Below, in pieces: positions 34,759 to 44,027 of a DNA stretch of 64,000 nt. The stretch is from an uncultured Gammaproteobacteria bacterium (lineage in GTDB: Bacteria > Patescibacteriota > Patescibacteriia > Patescibacteriales > GWC2-42-12). Position numbers and translations under genes: made by a program. Position 1 is the stretch's first letter; each line of letters begins with the position of its first letter. Under the pieces are notes generated by a model. The model did not search any database. It was not told the DNA's origin and was given only the letters and a program-made list of their open reading frames with translations. Where the stretch lies: positions 12,201 to 76,200 of the forward strand of contig CAYSKV010000004.1 in NCBI GenBank assembly GCA_964431805.1. Reading direction: 5' to 3'.

Positions 34759-37224
34759 ATGAATTTTACTATAATATTACCATTAATCAGCGCGATCTTA
34801 GCTATTAGCATAGGCATTTTTGTATTTAAGCAAAATAGAAAAAGTTTGATAAATCAAACTTTTTTTCTTTTTACTCTTGGTATAACGGAATGGTTTATTT
34901 GCACTTTCATGATGTTTTTATATAAAGATGATGTGGCGGGGGTAATTTTTTGGGATAGATTAGTCTATGCTGGTGTAGCATTTATGCCGGTTTTTACTTA
35001 TAAATTTTATTTAGCCTTAATTGGTAAAAAATCTGACAAAATTCTTTATGTCGGTTATTTATTATCAATAAGTTTTGCGATCCTTACACGTTCAAAATAT
35101 TTTATTGATGGTATTTATGTTTATAGCTGGGGCGTCCATACACAAGCTAGAATTCTGCACCATATATTTTTGGTGTATTTTGTAGTATTTATATTATTAT
35201 GGTTCTTCGCTACTTTAAAATTTTATAAAAGCCTTAAACCGTCATTAATTAAAGAACAAACTAAATATATATTTATATCTTTTGGCGTATTTTATTTAAT
35301 TGCGCCTCTCGGTTTTTTAGCGGCTTATAATGTAGGAGTTTATCCTGTAACATATTTTTCTGGATTAATTTTTACTATCATGATGGCTTATTGTATAGCG
35401 ATTTATCGCGTTATGGACATTAAATTAGTAATTAGAAAATCCTCCGTCTATCTCTTTTCCCTGGCCACAGTTTTAATTTTTATGACGACCGTTAAATTGA
35501 TTTCTGCTCAATTATTTACTGCTCCTCCAATTTGGATTGATTTATTGGTTCTATTAATTGCTGTTTATATTTTTTCGCCTATTAAGCATTATTACTATCG
35601 TTTAGCTAATAAATATTTCTTCTCCTCTTTGTATGATAGCCGCGAACTAATTGCTGATTTAAGCGATAAACTCCGCTCTACCATTGAAATCGGTAAAATC
35701 TATGAATATGTTTCAGAAATTTTAGTTAATGCTTTGCACGTGACCGCTTTTGGCGTTGTGTCTTTTGATGAAAAAAAACAAGTTTATATAACCCAGTATG
35801 GTCAAGGCTTAAACATCGGCCAACAAGAAATATTCCCAGGCAGTAAAGAAATATATAAAATTTTTACTAAAAGAAATCAGCCGATCATTGTTGAAGAAAT
35901 AAAATTTAGTAATTTTAAAATTAATAAGTCAATTTTAAATTTACTCACTAAAGCAAACGTCGCCCTGTTATCTCCTCTAAACATGAAAGATAAAACAGTC
36001 GGCATGATGGTATTTGGCCCTAAAGAATCCAAAGACCCTTTTAACGAAGAAGATTTAAAAGTTCTAGAAATTTTAGGCACGCAAATCGCTTTTGCCATGG
36101 AGAACGCTTTGCTCTACGCAGAATCGGTAAAATTTAATATCCAATTGAATGAAGAAAAAAATAAAATTGCGGCTATTATCGCTAACTTTATCGACCCGAT
36201 TATCTTTGTTGACCGCTATAATAATATTAACCTCATAAACCCGGCCGCTAAAAACATCCTCGGTTTAACAGAAAAAAGCTTGGGCGTAAGCATAGATACT
36301 AGCAATAATTGCCCGATGTCTAACTTCCGTACCGTCATCAAAAAAGAGTTTCAGATTAAAGAAATTGGCAATTTAAAATCAACTGATCATCATAGCGAAG
36401 AAATGTCTATTTTAGTTAATAACCAAGAATTAATTTATAAAATTACAACCATCAGGGTTTTTGATGATCAAACAAACCACCTAGGCCTCATGAAAATTTT
36501 CGTCAATCTCACCCGCGAAAAAGGCATTGATAAAATGAAATCAGAATTTATCTCTATCGCCGCCCATCAGCTAAGAACCCCATTATCAGCCATTAAATGG
36601 GTAATTAAGATGATATTAGACGGGGATGCTGGAGAACTTAATGTTGAGCAAAAAGATTTATTAAGGAAGGGCTATATTAGCAACGAAAGAATTATCAGAT
36701 TAGTTAATGATTTATTAAACGTTTCTCGTATTGAAGAAGGTAAGTTTGGATTTAATTTTGAAAAAACCGATTTTCAAGAAATTTTGACTACGACCAAAAG
36801 CAACTTAGAAGGTTTAATAGCAAAAAATCACCAAGAATTAATAGTGCAAAAACCAGAGAAACTACCTAAAGTATATCTGGACAAAGAAAGAATGGTTATG
36901 GTTTTGCAAAATTTACTTGATAATGCCATAAAATATACTCCAGAATATGGAAAAATAGAAATAATTGTTACTACCGACAAAAAATTTCTGCATGTTAAAG
37001 TTAAAGATCAAGGGGTAGGCATAAGCAAAAATGATCAAGCTAAATTATTTTCTAAATTTTTCCGAGCCTCTAATGCGCTTAAACTAGAAACCGAAGGCAG
37101 CGGATTAGGATTGTTTATAGTAAAAAATATTATTGAAAAACATAATGGTTCAATTGAATTAAAAAGCGAAGAAGGTCGAGGAACCGAAATAAGTTTTTCT
37201 TTGCCAATTGAGCAAAAACTTTAG
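34759..37224 (+). CDS. Sensor histidine kinase 1 (multi-TM sensor, GAF-like, PAS-like, HisKA, HATPase_c)
   Basis: H-box SIAAHQLRTPL, N-box LLDNAIKYTP, G-boxes DQGVGI and GSGLGL, and an N-terminal domain of about 7 TM segments. Confidence 0.9.
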   Translation: MNFTIILPLISAILAISIGIFVFKQNRKSLINQTFFLFTLGITEWFICTFMMFLYKDDVAGVIFWDRLVYAGVAFMPVFTYKFYLALIGKKSDKILYVGYLLSISFAILTRSKYFIDGIYVYSWGVHTQARILHHIFLVYFVVFILLWFFATLKFYKSLKPSLIKEQTKYIFISFGVFYLIAPLGFLAAYNVGVYPVTYFSGLIFTIMMAYCIAIYRVMDIKLVIRKSSVYLFSLATVLIFMTTVKLISAQLFTAPPIWIDLLVLLIAVYIFSPIKHYYYRLANKYFFSSLYDSRELIADLSDKLRSTIEIGKIYEYVSEILVNALHVTAFGVVSFDEKKQVYITQYGQGLNIGQQEIFPGSKEIYKIFTKRNQPIIVEEIKFSNFKINKSILNLLTKANVALLSPLNMKDKTVGMMVFGPKESKDPFNEEDLKVLEILGTQIAFAMENALLYAESVKFNIQLNEEKNKIAAIIANFIDPIIFVDRYNNINLINPAAKNILGLTEKSLGVSIDTSNNCPMSNFRTVIKKEFQIKEIGNLKSTDHHSEEMSILVNNQELIYKITTIRVFDDQTNHLGLMKIFVNLTREKGIDKMKSEFISIAAHQLRTPLSAIKWVIKMILDGDAGELNVEQKDLLRKGYISNERIIRLVNDLLNVSRIEEGKFGFNFEKTDFQEILTTTKSNLEGLIAKNHQELIVQKPEKLPKVYLDKERMVMVLQNLLDNAIKYTPEYGKIEIIVTTDKKFLHVKVKDQGVGISKNDQAKLFSKFFRASNALKLETEGSGLGLFIVKNIIEKHNGSIELKSEEGRGTEISFSLPIEQKL
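35438..36636 (+). repeat. Identical segment shared by the two kinase genes (copy 1)
   Basis: 35438-36582 is identical base for base to 37956-39100 (offset 2518; I compared every line). There are two mismatches at 36583 and 36585, then identity to 36636. Confidence 0.95.
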
Positions 37225-37255
37225 ATTGATTTTTATTTGAGAATAAAGGTATTTT

Positions 37256-39748
37256 ATGAATTTACAAAATTTTTTATCACTAAATGGTCTTTTAACCGGA
37301 ATCATAGCCGCTGTTTTTGGTTTCATGGTTATTTTTAAAGATCGAAAAAATATTATTAATCAAACCCTTTTTGGCCTAACTATGACTACCGCTCTTTGGC
37401 AACTTGGTTATTGGCGTTGGTTAATGATTTATGATAATCAAGATTTAGCTTTATTTTGGTGTCGAGTTTTATCAGTCGGTTCTCATTTTCTCGCAGTTTT
37501 TTATTTTCATTGGATTGTTTCTTTGTTGGGTTTGAATAAACAGAAAAAAAAGCTTATTTTTGTTTCTTATTTTGTAGCTGGTATTTTTTTGTTTTTTATT
37601 TTTTCCCCTTGGTTTGTCAGTAGTGTTGAGCCCGTCGGAAATTATTTTGCTTTTTGGCCTAAAGCCGGTTTTTTATATTCTATTTACATAGTTTTAATGT
37701 TTTTGGGTTTAGCTCCTTATGCTCTTTTTTTACTTTTCAGACATTATAAAAAATCTGTTGGTCAAAAAAGAAATCAAATAAAATATGTTATTATTGCCAC
37801 AATTCTCGCTTTTGGTGGGGGAGAAACTAATTTTCCTCTTTGGTATGATATTCCTATATTGCCCATAGGAAATGTATTAGTCGTGTTATATCCAATTCTT
37901 TTTTCTTATGCAATTATTAGACATCGTTTAATGGATATAAAGTTTGTTTTACGCCAATCCTCCGTCTATCTCTTTTCCCTGGCCACAGTTTTAATTTTTA
38001 TGACGACCGTTAAATTGATTTCTGCTCAATTATTTACTGCTCCTCCAATTTGGATTGATTTATTGGTTCTATTAATTGCTGTTTATATTTTTTCGCCTAT
38101 TAAGCATTATTACTATCGTTTAGCTAATAAATATTTCTTCTCCTCTTTGTATGATAGCCGCGAACTAATTGCTGATTTAAGCGATAAACTCCGCTCTACC
38201 ATTGAAATCGGTAAAATCTATGAATATGTTTCAGAAATTTTAGTTAATGCTTTGCACGTGACCGCTTTTGGCGTTGTGTCTTTTGATGAAAAAAAACAAG
38301 TTTATATAACCCAGTATGGTCAAGGCTTAAACATCGGCCAACAAGAAATATTCCCAGGCAGTAAAGAAATATATAAAATTTTTACTAAAAGAAATCAGCC
38401 GATCATTGTTGAAGAAATAAAATTTAGTAATTTTAAAATTAATAAGTCAATTTTAAATTTACTCACTAAAGCAAACGTCGCCCTGTTATCTCCTCTAAAC
38501 ATGAAAGATAAAACAGTCGGCATGATGGTATTTGGCCCTAAAGAATCCAAAGACCCTTTTAACGAAGAAGATTTAAAAGTTCTAGAAATTTTAGGCACGC
38601 AAATCGCTTTTGCCATGGAGAACGCTTTGCTCTACGCAGAATCGGTAAAATTTAATATCCAATTGAATGAAGAAAAAAATAAAATTGCGGCTATTATCGC
38701 TAACTTTATCGACCCGATTATCTTTGTTGACCGCTATAATAATATTAACCTCATAAACCCGGCCGCTAAAAACATCCTCGGTTTAACAGAAAAAAGCTTG
38801 GGCGTAAGCATAGATACTAGCAATAATTGCCCGATGTCTAACTTCCGTACCGTCATCAAAAAAGAGTTTCAGATTAAAGAAATTGGCAATTTAAAATCAA
38901 CTGATCATCATAGCGAAGAAATGTCTATTTTAGTTAATAACCAAGAATTAATTTATAAAATTACAACCATCAGGGTTTTTGATGATCAAACAAACCACCT
39001 AGGCCTCATGAAAATTTTCGTCAATCTCACCCGCGAAAAAGGCATTGATAAAATGAAATCAGAATTTATCTCTATCGCCGCCCATCAGCTAAGAACCCCA
39101 CTCTCAGCCATTAAATGGGTAATTAAGATGATATTAGACGGGGATGCTGGAGAATTGTCTCTGGAACAACAAGAACTATTAAACAAAGGTTATCTAAGCA
39201 ACGAACGAGTTATTAGGTTAGTTAACGACCTATTGAACGTTTCTCGTATTGAAGAAGGCAAATTTGGGTTTAATTTTGAGAGCACTGATTTTAAAGAAGT
39301 TCTAGACACTTCCATTAGTAATATTGATAGTTTAATTGATAAAAGCCATCAAGAGCTCAAGATTGAAATCCCGCCAAAACTACCCAAGATATATTTAGAT
39401 AAAGAAAGAATCATTATGGTAATACAAAATTTATTAAGTAATGCCATCAAATATACTCCAGAATATGGTAAGATTGAAGTAATTATTAAAGTTGACAAGC
39501 AGTACCTGAATGTTAAAATTAAAGACCAGGGGGTAGGCATACCGGCCGAAGATCAGCCAAAAATATTTTCTAAATTTTTCCGAGCGGCTAATGTGGTTAA
39601 ATTAGAAACCGAAGGCAGCGGACTAGGCCTCTTTATGGTTAAAAACATCATCGAAAAACATAAGGGCCAAGTCAGTTTAAAAAGCGAAGAAGGCAAAGGC
39701 ACGGAAGTTAGTTTTACTTTGCCGATAAATGGAATGATTAGTTTATAA
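37256..39748 (+). CDS. Sensor histidine kinase 2 (paralog of 34759-37224)
   Basis: Same domain order as kinase 1. The N-terminal TM sensor is only weakly similar, the core is identical, and the catalytic domain is moderately diverged. Confidence 0.9.
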   Translation: MNLQNFLSLNGLLTGIIAAVFGFMVIFKDRKNIINQTLFGLTMTTALWQLGYWRWLMIYDNQDLALFWCRVLSVGSHFLAVFYFHWIVSLLGLNKQKKKLIFVSYFVAGIFLFFIFSPWFVSSVEPVGNYFAFWPKAGFLYSIYIVLMFLGLAPYALFLLFRHYKKSVGQKRNQIKYVIIATILAFGGGETNFPLWYDIPILPIGNVLVVLYPILFSYAIIRHRLMDIKFVLRQSSVYLFSLATVLIFMTTVKLISAQLFTAPPIWIDLLVLLIAVYIFSPIKHYYYRLANKYFFSSLYDSRELIADLSDKLRSTIEIGKIYEYVSEILVNALHVTAFGVVSFDEKKQVYITQYGQGLNIGQQEIFPGSKEIYKIFTKRNQPIIVEEIKFSNFKINKSILNLLTKANVALLSPLNMKDKTVGMMVFGPKESKDPFNEEDLKVLEILGTQIAFAMENALLYAESVKFNIQLNEEKNKIAAIIANFIDPIIFVDRYNNINLINPAAKNILGLTEKSLGVSIDTSNNCPMSNFRTVIKKEFQIKEIGNLKSTDHHSEEMSILVNNQELIYKITTIRVFDDQTNHLGLMKIFVNLTREKGIDKMKSEFISIAAHQLRTPLSAIKWVIKMILDGDAGELSLEQQELLNKGYLSNERVIRLVNDLLNVSRIEEGKFGFNFESTDFKEVLDTSISNIDSLIDKSHQELKIEIPPKLPKIYLDKERIIMVIQNLLSNAIKYTPEYGKIEVIIKVDKQYLNVKIKDQGVGIPAEDQPKIFSKFFRAANVVKLETEGSGLGLFMVKNIIEKHKGQVSLKSEEGKGTEVSFTLPINGMISL
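37956..39154 (+). repeat. Identical segment shared by the two kinase genes (copy 2)
   Basis: See 35438-36636. Even the antisense 73-aa track ORFs (35877-36098 and 38395-38616) are identical. Confidence 0.95.
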
Positions 39749-39787
39749 TTTTATATTTATATATTAATTAAATTTAAACAAAATTAT

Positions 39788-40603
39788 ATGGCAACTAAAA
39801 AAAATGAAATTTTAAATGGAGGGAGCAACAAAATTTTAATTATTGAAGACGAGGATGCTTTAGCTAGCGTTTTATTAGCAAAATTCAAATTAGAAAAATT
39901 CGCAGTAGATATTGCTAATAACGGTGAAGAAGGTTTAAGTAAAATTGAATCTTGGCAACCAGATTTAATTTTACTTGATATTATTATGCCGAAAATGAAT
40001 GGTTATGAAGTTTTAGAAAATTTACAAAAAAAGGGCAATAAAATTCCGGTGATAGTAATTTCTAATTCTGGTCAAGACGTTGAATTAGAAAAAATAAAAA
40101 AGTTGGGAGCTCTTGACTATATAATTAAAACTCAAATTAATCCGGAAGAGGTTATAGAAAAAGCGATAAATGTTTTAAGCGGTCGCGTTGTGGTTAGCAG
40201 TAAAAAGGAAGATAATACGAAAACTGGCGTTAAGGTTTTATTAGTTGAAGACGATTCTTTTTTAAGAGATATCTGTTTTAAAAAGTTAAATAAAGAAGGT
40301 TTTAATGTTGATGTAGCGCTTAACGGAGAAGAGGCTGTAAAAAAAGTTAATGAATTTATACCAGCTATTGTTTTATTAGATATTATTTTACCCGCCATGG
40401 ATGGTTTCGAAGTTTTAAAGGCGATTCGTTCAAGTAAAAATAATGCTATTAAAAATGTGCCGGTTATTATGTTAACAAATTTAGGACAAGAGGAAGATAA
40501 CAGAAAAGCCTTAGCCTTAGGAGCTAATGATTATTTAGTTAAGGCGCATTTTACAACCGAGGAAATTGTTAAAAAAATTAAGAGTAAATTGGGTTTAGAA
40601 TAA
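39788..40603 (+). CDS. Response regulator with two receiver domains and no output domain
   Basis: REC1: ILIIEDEDAL...DLILLDIIMPKMNG...DYIIK. REC2: VLLVEDDSFL...IVLLDIILPAMDG...DYLVK. Confidence 0.88.
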   Translation: MATKKNEILNGGSNKILIIEDEDALASVLLAKFKLEKFAVDIANNGEEGLSKIESWQPDLILLDIIMPKMNGYEVLENLQKKGNKIPVIVISNSGQDVELEKIKKLGALDYIIKTQINPEEVIEKAINVLSGRVVVSSKKEDNTKTGVKVLLVEDDSFLRDICFKKLNKEGFNVDVALNGEEAVKKVNEFIPAIVLLDIILPAMDGFEVLKAIRSSKNNAIKNVPVIMLTNLGQEEDNRKALALGANDYLVKAHFTTEEIVKKIKSKLGLE

Positions 40604-40656
40604 ATTTGTGTTATAATAAAATAGAAATTAGTTTATAAATTTATACAAACATTATT

Positions 40657-41025
40657 ATGCAAATTAAAGAAATAAAAAACATTAATAAAGTATCATTAGC
40701 TAAATTAATAGCTTTGATTTATGGTTTTGTTGGTTTTTTCACAGCTTTAATAGTGGCCATATCAACTATGGCTAATATTATCATGCAAAAAGATTTTGCC
40801 GGTTCAGTTATTTTAGTAACTCTATTTAATATTGGCGCCGGGTTACTTTTAGGGGTTTTAGTTTCTTTAGTTACAGCTTTAATTGGTTTTATTATCGGTT
40901 ATATTTCCGCTGCAGTTTATAATTGGTTTAGTAAAAAAGTCGGCGGGATTAAACTAGAATTAGTAGATATCGCTGAAGTAAAAAAGGAGAGCAATATAAC
41001 AGAAGATCAAAATAATTTAATTTAA
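40657..41025 (+). CDS. Hypothetical small membrane protein
   Basis: 122 aa with 3 predicted TM segments. No family recognised. Confidence 0.5.
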   Translation: MQIKEIKNINKVSLAKLIALIYGFVGFFTALIVAISTMANIIMQKDFAGSVILVTLFNIGAGLLLGVLVSLVTALIGFIIGYISAAVYNWFSKKVGGIKLELVDIAEVKKESNITEDQNNLI

Positions 41026-41055
41026 TTTTGCCCCCGTTCGGGGATAAATAATTTT

Positions 41056-41349
41056 ATGCCTTTAATTAATGATAGTCATGATTTATTAAATATAGTTATT
41101 GCTTTATCAGTTCTATTATTTACTATATTTTCTTGCTGGGCGATTTATTATTTAGCTAGGATTTTACAGCAGATGTTTAAAGTTATTAAAGAAACACGCG
41201 ATCGGCTTAATAAATTTGATGAATTGGTAAAAATGATAAAAGAAAAAATTGAACATAGCGCTTCATATCTGCCGTTAATTGTTGACGGTGTAAAAAAATT
41301 GGTTGATCTTATGAAAAGTCGGGCGGAGAAAAAGAAAAAAAGTAAATAG
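41056..41349 (+). CDS. Hypothetical small membrane-anchored coiled-coil protein
   Basis: 97 aa with one TM segment, then a charged helical region and a KKKKSK tail. Confidence 0.5.
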   Translation: MPLINDSHDLLNIVIALSVLLFTIFSCWAIYYLARILQQMFKVIKETRDRLNKFDELVKMIKEKIEHSASYLPLIVDGVKKLVDLMKSRAEKKKKSK

Positions 41350-41371
41350 AATAATAAAACTTATACAAAAA

Positions 41372-41398
41372 AAGAGGTTAAAATGACCTTCTTTTTTT
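41372..41398 (+). terminator. Rho-independent terminator candidate
   Basis: AAGAGGT / ACCTTCTT imperfect hairpin followed by TTTTTTT. Confidence 0.6.
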
Positions 41399-41402
41399 AT
41401 AA

Positions 41403-41435
41403 ATAAAAAAAGAGACCTTTGTTATATCGGTCTCT
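41403..41435 (-). terminator. Rho-independent terminator for the minus-strand gene 41468-41719
   Basis: AGAGACC (41411-41417) / GGTCTCT (41429-41435). The A-run at 41403-41410 gives a U-run on the minus strand. Confidence 0.7.
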
Positions 41436-41467
41436 TGCGCAGATGTTTTATTCCGTTAGGAGTTGCT

Positions 41468-41719
41468 TTAAATTAGGTTTGAGTAGGATTTATTTTTTTT
41501 GCGTTTAAACTCACAATGAAAAATAAAAGTCGAGATACCAGCGAGCATCGTCATCAAAGAGACGACAGACACAAAAGAGAAAATGTCATAATAATTCGCT
41601 GGCTGGTTAGAAAAAATTATTTTTTGGAACAGTTCTTCTGCTGTCGGCCATAATAAAAATGATATAGCCGTAGCGCTGGCAACAAACAAGAAAAGTAAAT
41701 AAGTTGTTCGATTTTTCAT
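41468..41719 (-). CDS. Hypothetical small membrane protein
   Basis: 83 aa with two TM segments. Confidence 0.45.
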   Translation of the reverse strand: MKNRTTYLLFLFVASATAISFLLWPTAEELFQKIIFSNQPANYYDIFSFVSVVSLMTMLAGISTFIFHCEFKRKKNKSYSNLI

Positions 41720-41759
41720 TTTTTCCCCTCCCTGTCTTTTTTTTATTTTTTTAATAATG

Positions 41760-43988
41760 CTATTTTATATATCCACAATCTTTATTAGAGCATTTAACTT
41801 CGCCTTTTTTCGCGTCTTCTATTAATAAGCTATCGCAGTCCGGGCATTTTTCTCCAGTTGGCTTACCCCAAAAAGCGGTTTTGCAATCCGGATATTGATT
41901 ACAGGCGTAGAAAATTCCTCGTTTACTGCGTTTCTGTACGACCTCGCCTTTACCGCAAACCGGACAGGTTATGCCAGTGCCATTATTTCCGCCGCCAATA
42001 TTTTTTAAATTTTTACATTTCGGATAGCCGGTGCAAGCTAAAAATGGCCCGAATTTTCCAACTTTAATCGCCATAGCTGAACCACACTTTTCGCAAACCT
42101 CGTCTTTATATTTTTCTTTTAATTCTTTAATTTCTTCGTTATCGGTTTGGCCGTTGCCGTTTTTGTCTGCGCCAGGCATTGATTTTATATTTTTACATTC
42201 AGGAAAAGCGCTGCAGGCTAAAAATTTTCCATAGCGGCCGGTTTTAATAATCATAGGCGCGCCGCATTTATCGCAAACTTCAGTTGATTTTTCTTCAGGC
42301 ATAATATCATTTTTATTTATAACTTCGTATTTATTTTCTAAATTAGTGTGAAAAGGCTCGTAAAATTCTTTAATTATCGGTTGCCATTTAGCCTCGCCCT
42401 CAGCGATTAAATCCAAATCATTTTCTAATTTAGCGGTAAACTGGTAATCCACAATTTTAGGGAAATGCTCAACTAATAAATCGTTAACTACAAAAGCGAT
42501 ATCAGTCGGCGCTAAGCGTTTATTTTCGTCGCGTTGCACATAATTTCTGTCAACGATTGTGGCTATAGTCGGAGCATAAGTTGATGGTCGGCCAATACCA
42601 TATTTTTCTAATTCTTTTACTAGGCCAGCGTCAGAATATCTGGCTGGTGGTTTTGTAAAATGTTGTTCTTTTTTTATTTCTTCTAAATCAAGTTTTTCTT
42701 TTATTTCTAATTCCGGGAGTTCTATTTCCTGACTTTTTTCCGGATAAATTTTTAAATAGCCGTCGAATTTTAAAATTTGGCCGTTAGCTCTAAATTGATA
42801 AGGCGTGTTTTTAGCTTCAACATCAACGGCCGTGGCGTCAACTATGGCTTCGCTCATCTGCGAGGCTACAGCTCTTTGCCAAATTAATTTATATAATTTA
42901 TTTTGATTAGGATTTAATTCGCTTTCTACGGATTCCGGGGTGCGCGAGGCTTCGGATGGGCGAATAGCTTCATGAGCTTCTTGCGCGCCTTTAGATTTAG
43001 TTTTAAAGCGGCGCGGCGAGGAAAGTGCGTAATTAGCGCCTAAATTAGAAGTTAAATATTCGGTCGCTTCGTTTAAAAATTTATCAGCTAAATTTAGCGA
43101 ATCGGTTCTCATATAGGTTATAAAACCTACTTCATAAAGTTGCTGGGCTACCATCATAGTTTGCTTGGCCGAAAAGCCGAGCCAGCGGTTAGCGGTTTGC
43201 TGTAAACTTGAAGTGGTAAAAGGTTTTGGCGGTTGTTTTTTAGTTTGTTTTTTTTCTAAGTTGGTTACAAAATATTCAGCATGATCAAGATCGTTTAAAA
43301 TTTTTGAAGCTTCCTGCTCATTTTTAATTTCTAGTTTATCAATCGTTTTATTGTTGATTTTATTTAATCTGACTAAAAATGGCAGTTGCTTTTTATTTTT
43401 TAAAATTGCCGAAATAGACCAGTATTCTTGCGTGATAAATTTTTTTATTTCTTGTTCACGTTCAACAATTAAACGAACTGCCACCGATTGGACTCGTCCA
43501 GCAGACAAACCTTTAGCTACTTTTTTCCATAAGAAAGGGGATAGTTCATAACCGACTAAGCGATCAAGAATTCTTCTGGCTTGTTGGGCATTAACCAATT
43601 TCATATCAATTTTTCTCGGGTGTTCTAAAGCTTCCATAATCGCTGGTTTAGTAATTTCATGAAAGACGATGCGGTCAGTATCTTTCGGGTCAACTTTTAG
43701 AGCTTCGGCCAAATGCCAAGCGATTGCTTCTCCTTCGCGGTCTTCGTCGGTTGCCAGAACAATTTTATCTGATTTTTTAGCTAATTCCTGAAGTTTTTTA
43801 AGATTTTTTTTAGCTTTTACTGGCACAACATATTTAGGTTCAAAATCATGTTCAATATCAATACCCATTTTACTGACCGGTAAATCGCGTACATGGCCGA
43901 AAGAAGATTCAATATTAAAATCAGAGCCTAAAAATTTAGCTATAGTTTTTGCTTTAGTTGGAGATTCGACAATGACTAATTTTTTCAT
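41760..43988 (-). CDS. topA: DNA topoisomerase I
   Basis: TOPRIM N-terminus MKKLVIVESPTKAKTI, EGEAIAWH, YITYMRTDS active-site Tyr region, and four C-terminal CxxC...CxxC zinc ribbons. Confidence 0.96.
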   Translation of the reverse strand: MKKLVIVESPTKAKTIAKFLGSDFNIESSFGHVRDLPVSKMGIDIEHDFEPKYVVPVKAKKNLKKLQELAKKSDKIVLATDEDREGEAIAWHLAEALKVDPKDTDRIVFHEITKPAIMEALEHPRKIDMKLVNAQQARRILDRLVGYELSPFLWKKVAKGLSAGRVQSVAVRLIVEREQEIKKFITQEYWSISAILKNKKQLPFLVRLNKINNKTIDKLEIKNEQEASKILNDLDHAEYFVTNLEKKQTKKQPPKPFTTSSLQQTANRWLGFSAKQTMMVAQQLYEVGFITYMRTDSLNLADKFLNEATEYLTSNLGANYALSSPRRFKTKSKGAQEAHEAIRPSEASRTPESVESELNPNQNKLYKLIWQRAVASQMSEAIVDATAVDVEAKNTPYQFRANGQILKFDGYLKIYPEKSQEIELPELEIKEKLDLEEIKKEQHFTKPPARYSDAGLVKELEKYGIGRPSTYAPTIATIVDRNYVQRDENKRLAPTDIAFVVNDLLVEHFPKIVDYQFTAKLENDLDLIAEGEAKWQPIIKEFYEPFHTNLENKYEVINKNDIMPEEKSTEVCDKCGAPMIIKTGRYGKFLACSAFPECKNIKSMPGADKNGNGQTDNEEIKELKEKYKDEVCEKCGSAMAIKVGKFGPFLACTGYPKCKNLKNIGGGNNGTGITCPVCGKGEVVQKRSKRGIFYACNQYPDCKTAFWGKPTGEKCPDCDSLLIEDAKKGEVKCSNKDCGYIK

Positions 43989-44027
43989 AAAAAATAAATG
44001 TCATTTTAGTGACAAATTAAATAATAC

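Noticed and set aside
35438-39154. The kinase repeat as a diversity-generating retroelement TR/VR pair, or as a CRISPR-like array
   Set aside because: The copies are identical rather than differing at adenines. No reverse transcriptase is nearby. There are only two 1.2-kb copies and both are in-frame coding sequence.
41026-41055. CCCCCGTTCGGGG hairpin as a fourth member of the CCCCGTTAGA start-codon motif
   Set aside because: It shares only CCCCGTT. It is a tight local hairpin with a 3-nt loop, lacks the TAGA/TCTA core, and does not enclose the next start codon.
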